A DNA stretch of 64,000 nucleotides from a virus (Duplodnaviria > Caudoviricetes): positions 1 to 64,000 of the IMG/VR virus record IMGVR_UViG_2912874417_000004; one strand, 5' to 3'. The notes beneath the pieces were generated by a model. That model ran no database searches, had not been told where the DNA came from, and saw only the letters and a program-made list of their open reading frames with translations. A program made the translations under genes and the position numbers. This document shows, piece by piece, positions 51,479 to 60,857 of the stretch; within the stretch, counting starts at the first letter, position 1; each line of letters starts with the position of its first letter.

Positions 51479-52003
51479 TTATAGATTGTATTGACTGTCT
51501 TTAATTGAATTCCAATCAAACGTTTCAAGTATGTTAAGCAACTGCTCTACTTTTGGTGCCCTCCAAGCTGTCATTGCATAAGTATGAGCTTCTGAAGTGT
51601 AGTGATGCTTGTTCAAATTGATGTGGCTTTTCGCTTCTTCTTTGGTCAAAAACATTGTATCCGGCCGTACAATATGAACCTTTCTTTCTGGAATTAATTC
51701 TGCTTCTTCATCAATGTATTTTTGAATCCACTCAATAGGATCATCAAAGTCGTCATTTTTCAACTCTGTTAATGCTTCCTTAGATAGCTCACTATCTTCT
51801 TTTAAATCTTCTAAATAATCATCTAAAACATATGCTTCTGCAATATATGGCAGGTATACAGAATACCGTTCTGCATTTTCCTCTCGAGCTTCGACCCATT
51901 CATAATCACCAACTGTCCAGAAACGTGGTGCAGCTTGTCCGTCGTTGTCTTGATTTTTCAACTCTTGCTGAAGTTCTTTTAAAAACTGAATATCTTGATT
52001 CAT
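51479..52003 (-). CDS. Hypothetical acidic phage protein
   Basis: 174-aa ORF with RBS AGGAGG right after the dyad at 52024. Confidence 0.7.
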   Translation of the reverse strand: MNQDIQFLKELQQELKNQDNDGQAAPRFWTVGDYEWVEAREENAERYSVYLPYIAEAYVLDDYLEDLKEDSELSKEALTELKNDDFDDPIEWIQKYIDEEAELIPERKVHIVRPDTMFLTKEEAKSHINLNKHHYTSEAHTYAMTAWRAPKVEQLLNILETFDWNSIKDSQYNL

Positions 52004-52329
52004 TCGTTTCCTCCTATTCTGTTTAAAATCACGATTTTATGTAGACTAAACCTTTTTCTTGCTGTCATGCGTTCACACTTTTGGGTAAAATACTAATCTG
52101 TTAACATTAATAACTCATCAACTTTATAATTGTATTCACCGTATTCACCCGATCTCCATTTAACACCTACAGTGCCTTGATTTGTCACCCACAATATAAT
52201 TCCCATTTCCCCATTTTCATGCCATCTTACTTGCTGCCCTTTCTGATAACCAAGCATGTTTCCACCCCTTTCTTAAAAAGCATTTTAATTTAACTTTAAT
52301 GTGTATTGCCTTGAGAAAATCCCCTTTAA

Positions 52330-52746
52330 TTGGTAAACTCATACCTAACTTACATACGAGTGGGTGATTCCTTGAATAAAACAATCGGTATTACTGGATT
52401 AATCATCAGCATAGTAGTGCAATCATTTTCGGTAGATGATTCGCTAACCCAAAAGATTGCTACGGGTTTGTTATTTGTATCAATAATTATCTATAATTTT
52501 GAACATGCTAAAGATTATTCTATAAAGTCACTTGTAATTTTAGGTGTTTCCTTTATTGTTTTTATGTTAGGGATTTATAAAATCCTCTCTATTACCAGCG
52601 ATTACTTTGAAAAGCTTAATGTGAATTATGGATACATCCTCTTATTTGAAATAGCATTGATTATTGCATTAGTGTCGATTGCAGTAAACGTAATGAAGTA
52701 CATTGCGAATCGGTTAAAGAAATCACCTGATGGTAAAGAGCTTTGA
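52330..52746 (+). CDS. yoqO: YoqO-like membrane protein
   Basis: Four TM segments, opposite strand, SPbeta position. Confidence 0.6.
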   Translation: MVNSYLTYIRVGDSLNKTIGITGLIISIVVQSFSVDDSLTQKIATGLLFVSIIIYNFEHAKDYSIKSLVILGVSFIVFMLGIYKILSITSDYFEKLNVNYGYILLFEIALIIALVSIAVNVMKYIANRLKKSPDGKEL

Positions 52747-52759
52747 CTCTTTGCCGTTT

Positions 52760-52990
52760 TTAAGCTAAATACTTCTTCTTATGTGGTCTTCTATGTACAA
52801 AATCAAACGCAATATCGACTTGTGCCGGTTCCTTCTCCTCTGCTACTCGCTCTGTAACAACAATCAGTTGTCCATTTTCCTGGCGGTCAATGCTATGGAC
52901 TGAATATCCTTTAGCAGCGTAATATTCACCAATAATCTCATCAACGTGGTTGCTAAGCAGATTCCTCTTTATCATCTTTATAACCTCCAT
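52760..52990 (-). CDS. Small phage protein (YoqN position)
   Basis: Convergent with yoqO. Confidence 0.55.
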   Translation of the reverse strand: MEVIKMIKRNLLSNHVDEIIGEYYAAKGYSVHSIDRQENGQLIVVTERVAEEKEPAQVDIAFDFVHRRPHKKKYLA

Positions 52991-53177
52991 TTATTTTATT
53001 TTTATCCTTTAAATATTTATATGTATTCCATCCGCAGCCATCAAATATGCTTATATCCGCTCCAAGATGCCATCTAAACCAAACTAAGTTAAACCAAGCT
53101 GTATCAATTATGTGCTTTAAATAACCTATATGCCTTCCTCCTTACAATGAAATAATCCTTTTATTTTGTTTTTTTTA

Positions 53178-53795
53178 TTAAAATAGCTTACTGTATCTAT
53201 TCGTTTTCTCAAGTCCGCAAATCTCACAGACGCATTCCTGCTCATAGCTGTTGTTTCCAACCTGTTCCTCGTCATTCTTATACCATTCATGCTTACATTG
53301 TTTTTGCAGTTCACTTTTTTGTTTAACTAATGGTTCGATTTTTTCCTTTTTAAATTCTCTAATTTCTTTTTCAAACTGCTCGATTTTCTCGTTAACTTTA
53401 TCTAATTCTTCAATTAACATTTCTTCGTCTTTAAACGGATTTTCAGATAGCAGTTCCCAGTCTTGCTCTAACTCTCCTAACGTTTCATTGTCATACCCAT
53501 TAAATACATTGTCATATAGTTTGAGCTTATAATACATTTCCCCAAGCATATGAGTATAACTAATAAGCTCAGCAAAGCTTCCAGTTCTTTTATTTTTAAA
53601 ATATAGCTCTAATGGTAAGACGGGTACAACAGGACGTTTGTCTGTGTAAATAATCTCTACCTCATCTTGCGTTTGTTTTTCTAATACATGTCTACCGTCT
53701 CCGGCAACCCCTCTATACGTATACTTTTCCTGATTTAAATAGCATTTTTCACCTGGATTTAATTTGTTGTCTAACAATACTTCATGAAGTTTCAT
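53178..53795 (-). CDS. Hypothetical protein with coiled coil and C-terminal Zn ribbon
   Basis: CKHEW...CVCEICG. Confidence 0.65.
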   Translation of the reverse strand: MKLHEVLLDNKLNPGEKCYLNQEKYTYRGVAGDGRHVLEKQTQDEVEIIYTDKRPVVPVLPLELYFKNKRTGSFAELISYTHMLGEMYYKLKLYDNVFNGYDNETLGELEQDWELLSENPFKDEEMLIEELDKVNEKIEQFEKEIREFKKEKIEPLVKQKSELQKQCKHEWYKNDEEQVGNNSYEQECVCEICGLEKTNRYSKLF

Positions 53796-53813
53796 TTGAT
53801 AATGTCTCCTTTT

Positions 53814-54065
53814 TTAATTGAAATAAGTAATATCTAGTTCAAAATTAAAATTGGGATGAAGTCTCCATAGTTGATGTCCTAAGGAAGTTTTCTTGGCGTA
53901 ATTTAAGCAGTTTCTTGTGCCACTTTTACTCCCGTCATAAACAGCTACTATTGCTTCACTGTGATCAATCATGTATTCATTTCGTTTCTGCATCTTTGAT
54001 GGTGAAAACTCACCTGGTACAGCTTCACTAACTTTATATTTCTCCAATTCTATATTCAGGATCAC
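53814..54065 (-). pseudogene. C-terminal fragment of a SLOG/YspA (DUF1273, YoqJ-like) protein
   Basis: MQKRNEYMIDHSEAIVAVYDGSKSGTRNCLNYA; the N-terminal half is missing. Confidence 0.7.
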
Positions 54066-54811
54066 TGAGTTTTTTGAAATTGACTATCGGTTCTCACCCT
54101 TTCTTTAAAACAGTCTTTTTATCATTCTTTATCACTTAAATATTCTAAATACCTAAGATGTTCAAAGAGTTCTTCATCTCTATATGCTTGAATTGCATCT
54201 TCAAGTTTAAACGAGTGTTTTATTTTTCTGCTCGTGGCTTCTGTAAATAACCTAGTGATTTTACCTTCATCTAGATAACTATGATAGCCACCACCATTAC
54301 AAAGAAATCGAAGTATATTCTTTAAATACCGATCAGATATCTGATCAACTGTGTAGGTATTATAATTTTTATCTATCCAGTCGTATTCATTTCTCATATT
54401 TTTGGTTATCCCAGTCCTCCTTTTGATTAAAACTTCAATTTTACCTATCTCCTAAAATGGTTTTACACCACTCGTTTATATCTGTTGAAATCTGATCAAT
54501 TTCAAACAACTTATCCTTTAGCATTTCTTCACCGTCTGCTCCATTAAAGCTTGCCAATCGTTCAAGTTGCTTTGAATAGTGCTTAATCTTTTCAATGCTT
54601 AATTCTAAATCCAAGGAACCGTTTTTAAGTTCAACCTCACCCATGTACTCCATTGTTGAACGAGTCCCGCATATTCCACAAAACGCTCTCTGTCTCTTAT
54701 AAAATTTATCAATAATAGTGGTATGGCCGCAGCCAGTTCTGCAAATGTGCTTGTAATGTGTCAAAAAATCTCTTCCTTTCTATTCCAATGAAATTTTACT
54801 TTTAATCTAAT

Positions 54812-57010
54812 TCATCTTGTTTCCTGGGCCACAGTTTCTTTTTCAAAATCGTTTCTCAATTTGATAATGGAGGTTGATTTTAAATACCCTCTGTCCTTTG
54901 TCTTAGCCCATGCGAAAAATCTATTGTGTAAAGGAGTATAAAGGCTTCCTGTGTTAACCATATGCTCATGTTTGTTGCTGATCTTATGCTTTAATCCCCT
55001 CATTTGTTTCCAAAAGTTATAGTAAGGGAGCTTAAGTTTTGTCATGAAGCCGGCAGCATCTTCAATTACATAACCCTCTTCCTCAATTGAAAAATCTTGT
55101 GACACGTCCAGATACCATCTATAGAAATCTGTCCATTTACTAAACTCTGCAACTTGTTTTTTACACTCAATGTTTAGATGCTCGGCTACAGCTTTCAATT
55201 CCCAATAAGGAAGTTTTGTATACGCAACCTGCCTTTTAACAATATCTAAAAGCACCAGTTTATCTTTGTCGTATTCAATGATATGCGGGTCTTTTTCTGG
55301 AAATATTACTTCAAAAACGAATGAAACATTGTTAAGCTTCAGGTAAGTTTTGATAAAAGACACTTGATTTTCATTAAAAGATTTAAAAAACAGTTCTTCG
55401 ACCCATTTCGCATGTTCATTTGATATTTGTGACGTAAAGGATTTAGAAGTGAATACCAACTGATCTGACAAAGAGTCATACCCTACAGTTCCTAAATATC
55501 CATTTGCCTTATCGAAGACTGTTACTGGAAATTTCATCGTATCTACGAGATGATGCATTCTTGTTTCAGATCGTTCTCCAATGTTGAAAAATTTATCATA
55601 GCTTCTGCTTACAATTTCATTGCTCTCAGTGTTAATAAACAAACCTCTTGCCTTAATATTTGTTTCATCCCACTTTTTCTTTCTAAATGCTTGCTTTGTA
55701 AAATTAAATGATGAGATATTGTTTGGCATTTTATTCTCTTGCACATATTCATGACCACGTAAGTGGGAAATCAATTCATCAATTGTTCCAACAGTTGCGC
55801 TGTTACTCGGTACTTCACTTGAAATTTGTTTAAAGACTTTATTCTTCACTTCATGCGTTTCAATTCCGTTCTCAGACAGTGTAACGACTCTAAGATGCCC
55901 TCCTCTTTCCACTTGCCCTTCCAGGTTATATGATCTATCTGCTGCTACCACAGGTAGACGGTACATGTTTCTATGTCCATGAATCTGTACAACATTTTGA
56001 CCTGCAGTATTATTTGCAAATTCATAATCAATATCGTCTGAATAATCTCCAACTCCATTGATGAATTGTGTTGTTGCAGTCATCAAAAGATTTTCTGGTA
56101 CGGTTGAAACTCCGCCATGGGTTACAATGTATGTAGTGTTTTTATATGTAAAGTAAGCTAACTGATGAAACTTCCTGGCCAACTGTCTAATGTCTTTTTT
56201 ATCAATGTTGGATTGTTCGATTTCTGGCTTAGTTTTGTTGTTAAATGTGTTGCTAGGTGTTTCTTCATCATTCCCATACATATTGATATATCTATCATGA
56301 TTTCCTTCGAGAATAATCACATTTTTATAATCTTTAATTTTGATCATGAATTCTAACAGCTGTGCATTTTCAATACCTCTGTCGATAAGATCTCCTACAA
56401 AAATGTATAGTTCATTTTCATTCAAATCACCGTTTAAGTACTCTTGAAGCACAGTATTACACCCATGAACATCTCCGAAAATATGGATCTTTTTATAATC
56501 GTCAAAACATCTCGGCTTATAAGTCATCGTGGTTTCAAACTCATCTGGTTTTAGAACAGTTACCCAAGATGGCACTTTTTCTGTTGTCATTCTTTCATAA
56601 ATATTTAGAATACTGCTTTCAGGAACATGTTTATGTTCAGCCCTCATTTTATTTCTTTTTAAGATTCTCCGAACATCCACATCAGAAAAATCAACTACAT
56701 ATACACGGTATCTATATTTTTGAGCTAGTGGCTTATATCTTGAAATCATGCTTTGCTTTGAATGAGTTGCATCGATAATTGTGAATTCACCGCGATCCAT
56801 CCTATCTTCAAGCAACTTTAGTAATAAATCCCACACCTTGTTGTCGTGTTTTGGAGAGATTTCATATTTTCCACTTTTGTTTAATACAGGTGACTGAAAC
56901 AGCAGTCTAATGTTGTCTGCAGAAAGAGTGTACTGCTCAAGTCCATTTTCCTTAATCCAAGTTGATTTCCCCACTCCTGGACAGCCTCTTAATAACACTA
57001 ATGTTCTCAA
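54812..57010 (-). CDS. Trifunctional RNA-repair enzyme: polynucleotide kinase + metallophosphoesterase + Rnl1-type RNA ligase
   Basis: Kinase: GCPGVGKST and IIDAT. Phosphoesterase: GDVHG, GDLIDRG, GNHD, HGG, HGH. Ligase: KFFN, DKANG, FEV, EGYVI, KLK. Confidence 0.88.
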   Translation of the reverse strand: MRTLVLLRGCPGVGKSTWIKENGLEQYTLSADNIRLLFQSPVLNKSGKYEISPKHDNKVWDLLLKLLEDRMDRGEFTIIDATHSKQSMISRYKPLAQKYRYRVYVVDFSDVDVRRILKRNKMRAEHKHVPESSILNIYERMTTEKVPSWVTVLKPDEFETTMTYKPRCFDDYKKIHIFGDVHGCNTVLQEYLNGDLNENELYIFVGDLIDRGIENAQLLEFMIKIKDYKNVIILEGNHDRYINMYGNDEETPSNTFNNKTKPEIEQSNIDKKDIRQLARKFHQLAYFTYKNTTYIVTHGGVSTVPENLLMTATTQFINGVGDYSDDIDYEFANNTAGQNVVQIHGHRNMYRLPVVAADRSYNLEGQVERGGHLRVVTLSENGIETHEVKNKVFKQISSEVPSNSATVGTIDELISHLRGHEYVQENKMPNNISSFNFTKQAFRKKKWDETNIKARGLFINTESNEIVSRSYDKFFNIGERSETRMHHLVDTMKFPVTVFDKANGYLGTVGYDSLSDQLVFTSKSFTSQISNEHAKWVEELFFKSFNENQVSFIKTYLKLNNVSFVFEVIFPEKDPHIIEYDKDKLVLLDIVKRQVAYTKLPYWELKAVAEHLNIECKKQVAEFSKWTDFYRWYLDVSQDFSIEEEGYVIEDAAGFMTKLKLPYYNFWKQMRGLKHKISNKHEHMVNTGSLYTPLHNRFFAWAKTKDRGYLKSTSIIKLRNDFEKETVAQETR

Positions 57011-57058
57011 ATTCTATCAACCTTTCTGATTTTTATTTGTTTAAAATGCATCTTTTAA

Positions 57059-57487
57059 TCACTTCATTGCGGCATAGTTCTCAAAGAATTCTTCAACTGA
57101 TCTCAGGTATCGGTATTTATCTGCATCTTCCGGATCTCTAAATCTTTTCGATAGTACCAATGACCAATTAAACATCAATGGAGAAAACCTCGCCCATTTA
57201 CTAAAGCTTAACTGAAGACCTTTCCATTCTCTCCCCGCTAATTCCGCTAACTCTAGAATTTGATCTTCTTTTAAATTTACTTCTTCTTCAAACATTACTT
57301 GAATTTCCTCGTATGGTTTATGTCCAAAACAACAGTGGCGTGTTTTCAATCCAATCTTGAAATTCAAAATATCAATTAAATTGATCATTTGTGTATCAAG
57401 CTCATCATAGGGTATACCATTTGCAATGAATTTTTCTCTTTGATTTGATTTCACATTATCCTCCAGCAGATTTAAATTCTCACTCAC
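57059..57487 (-). CDS. Conserved SPbeta-type hypothetical protein
   Basis: [11 protein letters not shown] motif; co-oriented. Confidence 0.65.
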   Translation of the reverse strand: MSENLNLLEDNVKSNQREKFIANGIPYDELDTQMINLIDILNFKIGLKTRHCCFGHKPYEEIQVMFEEEVNLKEDQILELAELAGREWKGLQLSFSKWARFSPLMFNWSLVLSKRFRDPEDADKYRYLRSVEEFFENYAAMK

Positions 57488-57642
57488 TTCACCCCCTCCT
57501 TAAAAAATGTCTTCTCACACTCTTCACATAAAGGCGGGTGAATAGGAAGCCCCTTACAGCCGCACATATAGCCATCACAACACATAGTCATATCTACATC
57601 CGTCATCTTTCCGCATTTGATACAAGGAACTATCTCACTCAT
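57484..57642 (-). CDS. 52-aa 8-Cys zinc-finger micro-protein
   Basis: Not in the track: [52 protein letters not shown]; overlaps both neighbours. Confidence 0.65.
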   Translation of the reverse strand: MSEIVPCIKCGKMTDVDMTMCCDGYMCGCKGLPIHPPLCEECEKTFFKEGVK

Positions 57643-57838
57643 TCCGCACCCGCCTCAGTCCAAAACAATGTCTCATTCGTTATTTTTTCCACTTTATAAT
57701 TTTTGAGGCAGTTATTATTTACGTATTCCTCTGCGTATTTCAATGCGGTTTTATCATCATTGGCGCCGAAACTGAAATGCTTCCAACCGAACTTAACTTC
57801 GTACCAAAGCTTATATTCAATACGTTTTACATCAGCAT

Positions 57839-58261
57839 TCATTCCACGCCCTCCAACAACTCAGGATTATGGTAAACGTCGCCGATGACTTCGTATTTTT
57901 TTACGCTAGGATCTGATTCACTTTTTAACCAGCTTATAGCATTCATATCTAAATCAATCCAAGGTCTTAAATCAAATGCTGGGTAATCTTCTTTTTCTAA
58001 ATATTCCACTACCCCGACATAGAATGGCTCTTTGGAAAAAGCAGAGTCGTATGTAATTTTTATATAATCTCCGGCATATATGTCTTTGCCATTGCTGTCT
58101 TTAAGACAAGTCCATAGACCCCGACTTATCAACTCGTAATCTTCTTTATCTGTGTAGATCGTCTCCCCGAAATATTCAATTTCACTCAAGGTGTAACAAT
58201 GCAAGACAATTTCATTAGTCTTCTTATGCCGGAAAACGTATCTGATTTTGATTTCATTCAT
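57839..58261 (-). CDS. YopX-family protein
   Basis: LWTCLKDSNGKDIYAGD...EVIGDVYHNPELLE. Confidence 0.82.
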   Translation of the reverse strand: MNEIKIRYVFRHKKTNEIVLHCYTLSEIEYFGETIYTDKEDYELISRGLWTCLKDSNGKDIYAGDYIKITYDSAFSKEPFYVGVVEYLEKEDYPAFDLRPWIDLDMNAISWLKSESDPSVKKYEVIGDVYHNPELLEGVE

Positions 58262-58554
58262 TACTTTTCCTCCTTATTTAAATTCGAATAAAACTTACAT
58301 TTTATTTTTATCCTTAATATATTCATGCTGATTCACAACATCACGAAGTATGTATTGTATTTCCTCTAAATTGTCTTTAACAAAGTCCAGGTCTCCTATT
58401 GCCATTCTGATTTCATTATTCTCTATGCTGCGCAAAGATCTTTCGCATGATGCTAAGAGCTTTTCATATTTCCTTAAAACCATAGTTCTTATTTGATCGT
58501 TAATTGGTTCATTAATCAATAATTAAAGCTATCTCCTTTCCTTATTCTAATCCG

Positions 58555-58606
58555 ATTATATAACCTCAACCAAATGTTGTAAACAATTATTTTATTTTTA
58601 CTCTAA
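58555..58606 (-). promoter_or_regulatory. SigA-type early promoter with SPbeta repeated element
   Basis: TTAGAGTAAAAATAAAATAATTG-TTTACA-17 bp-TATAAT. Confidence 0.8.
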
Positions 58607-59275
58607 ATAATTTCAAAAAATCAGCTTTACTCATACTGTAAAGCTGCTGTCTTCATAAACGTCTTCATGCCGTCCAGTTTCCAAAGAGTTTCATTTATTT
58701 TGTCTCTAAATTCTAAAACTGAAGCATGATCCATTCTAATCCTCAAACAATCCCCATTGTTTTTAAAAATAATGTCTATGTAGTACTCTCCACTTTGGAT
58801 GTTCTTAGAACCAACACTCATGGAAACTGATCTCATAATGTCTTTCAAGTCAATTTCAAGATTAAAATCCATTGTATGCTCCAGTCTGACTAAAAAGTCA
58901 CCAATTTTTTATGTCTCATGATGACTGACAAGATGTGTATGTATTTTTACTTCGATGATAACAATTGTGAAGATTTATAATCCTCATTTTCAAACGAATC
59001 GTCTATTTCTTCGGCATAAGAGGTTGTTAATTCAGCATCCTCTGTACACATGATATCTACATCAAATAGTGCCTCATATTTTTCATGATCTTTTTGAAGA
59101 AACCCCATTTTTCCTGTTTTATTTCTCAATTTCTTTTTAATTGATTGATATGCGAACAAAAGTGCTTCCTCTTCATTCTTGGCTTTTATTCTGCCGAAAA
59201 AAGGTATGCACAGCTCCCCTTGAATGAAATAATCCTTTTCTGACATAAGTTTCCCTCTCTCTGGTAGTAATTAAC

Positions 59276-59334
59276 CGAACCTACGTTCCCTTTTTTGTTG
59301 ACTTAATTATAACCTTTTACCTAGTTAGTGGCAA
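59276..59334 (-). promoter_or_regulatory. SigA promoter with downstream LexA/DinR box
   Basis: TTGCCA-17 bp-TATAAT (59334-59306); CGAAC-ctac-GTTCC at 59276-59289. Confidence 0.7.
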
Positions 59335-59378
59335 ATCTTTTTTCTTTCATTTAAAAACTTGGAAAGAATTGATATAGT

Positions 59379-59633
59379 ATGATAAGCAATACTATATCAG
59401 GAGGTTGTCCGATGCTTGAGGTTGAAATCGGACAATGTTTGATATCCATTCTCCTTGAACGTAGAGGAATGTCCCTAGGGCAACTTTCGAACCTAACAGG
59501 CATCAGTAAGCAAAGGTTAAGTGATTACGCTAATGGCGTTAGACCTTCTATGAATATAAAAACAGCGAGAATCATTGCTATTGCCCTAAACTGTTCGATT
59601 GAAGACCTCTATGAATGGAAAATCAAACATTGA
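59379..59633 (+). CDS. yopS: XRE-family HTH regulator
   Basis: HTH pattern ending in ALNCSIEDLY; convergent with yopR. Confidence 0.8.
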   Translation: MISNTISGGCPMLEVEIGQCLISILLERRGMSLGQLSNLTGISKQRLSDYANGVRPSMNIKTARIIAIALNCSIEDLYEWKIKH

Positions 59634-59853
59634 CTTAATCGCTAGGGAGTTTGACCTAGCGAACCTCCTTGTACCCTTTTTAGTGTATAGAACTATTTTA
59701 CTGCATATGTACAAATTTGTCTCTGTCTAACTTTGTCGAATTCTGAAAAATATGAACAAAATCCTGATATTTTTTTAAAAATACCACGAGTTAACTCACA
59801 TTTGTTTTATTTTTACTCTGAAAGTTATGTAAAGTTAATCCCTGTAACAGGGA

Positions 59854-60837
59854 TTAAGAATTAGTCTCAATTACTTCAGACTTGATACAATATTTTTCTA
59901 AGTTCTCCATATTCACTACTTTCCTCAGTGTTTGTGAATTAAACTCCGCGTCTTCATTCAAGAACCCATATTGTCGAGTTATTTGCTTATAATCAGGTAC
60001 TTTTAATTCACCCTTCTCTTTATATATCGCATACGCCATGTTGAGCTTTCCTGAATTGATAAGATTTTTAGGTGTAAAGAAGGGTTCTTCTAAAAATTTT
60101 TGAAACTGACTAAAAGAACGATGAACTAAAAATTTGTCAGCTTTCATACTCTGATTAGAGCTCTTATATTTTAGCCTAAAAATATTTTCGCTTTTAACTA
60201 ATGTGGCAAATTTGTTTTTAAGGCTACTATCTGGCGAACCATTGCTAAGATGATATGTTCTTTGGTCATTAGCACGCTTAAGTAACTCATAACATTTATC
60301 GCTTACAGTAATTATTCTTACACCATGTTTATCATCTACTAGCTTTACCTTGTTATCATCGAGTAAATCGTCACCTGTTAAATTCAGTAACTCTGAATGC
60401 TGATAACCATCTATACCTTCATAAATAGCCTGTATCATGGCCTTATCCTGATAATTAATCATAAAATCAACATACTCTTCTACTTCTTTATTGGTGAATA
60501 GTGTTTTTTTGTTTTTATCTATAAACTGCTTTAAGTCACCATCCTGTATCTGATACACTTTGTTGATGTTACTGTTTGCCAAGCCATTTTCCATTGCCCA
60601 GGTTGTGTATTGTCCAATTACAGCTCGTGCTCCTCTTAATGAGTCTATAGATTTGCTATCCAAATCGAAAAATAACGTACGCAGCTCTTCCAAAGAAAAA
60701 TTAAATATGTCTTTTTGAAGTATTTTTTCTGTAGCTGAGAAATCCCTTAGCCTTAGCCAATAATGGTTTCTTGTTGCTTCACTTTCGTATTTCTCTAAAA
60801 ACTTTTCCTTCAATTCAGCATTATATATTTCACTCAT
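59854..60837 (-). CDS. yopR: MrpR/SroF master repressor (catalytically degenerate integrase fold)
   Basis: Integrase-like fold with [11 protein letters not shown] and TPKNLINSG where R and HxxR would be; last gene of the operon. Confidence 0.85.
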   Translation of the reverse strand: MSEIYNAELKEKFLEKYESEATRNHYWLRLRDFSATEKILQKDIFNFSLEELRTLFFDLDSKSIDSLRGARAVIGQYTTWAMENGLANSNINKVYQIQDGDLKQFIDKNKKTLFTNKEVEEYVDFMINYQDKAMIQAIYEGIDGYQHSELLNLTGDDLLDDNKVKLVDDKHGVRIITVSDKCYELLKRANDQRTYHLSNGSPDSSLKNKFATLVKSENIFRLKYKSSNQSMKADKFLVHRSFSQFQKFLEEPFFTPKNLINSGKLNMAYAIYKEKGELKVPDYKQITRQYGFLNEDAEFNSQTLRKVVNMENLEKYCIKSEVIETNS

Positions 60838-60857
60838 ATTAAATTCTCCTTTAGGCT

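Larger units (their letters stand above)
2749..58304. repeat. Dispersed 16-bp dyad TRAAA-N6-TTTYA at accessory-gene junctions (25 copies seen)
   Basis: Exact copies start at 5115, 5939, 6146, 15884, 21761, 22129, 22524, 24726, 25506, 27682, 47555, 48198, 50176, 51142, 52024, 53148, 54106, 54428, 54789, 57042, 58289. One-mismatch copies start at 2749, 5744, 9209, 44814. Confidence 0.85.

Noticed and set aside
2749-58304. CRISPR array or intrinsic terminators as an explanation for the dyads
   Set aside because: Spacing is irregular and whole genes lie between copies. The 5-bp AT-rich stems are too weak for terminators.
16706-58629. Degenerate dyad-like sequences at 16706, 30069, 52274 and 58614
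   Set aside because: They have two or more mismatches or the wrong spacer length. The positions are suggestive but I did not count them.
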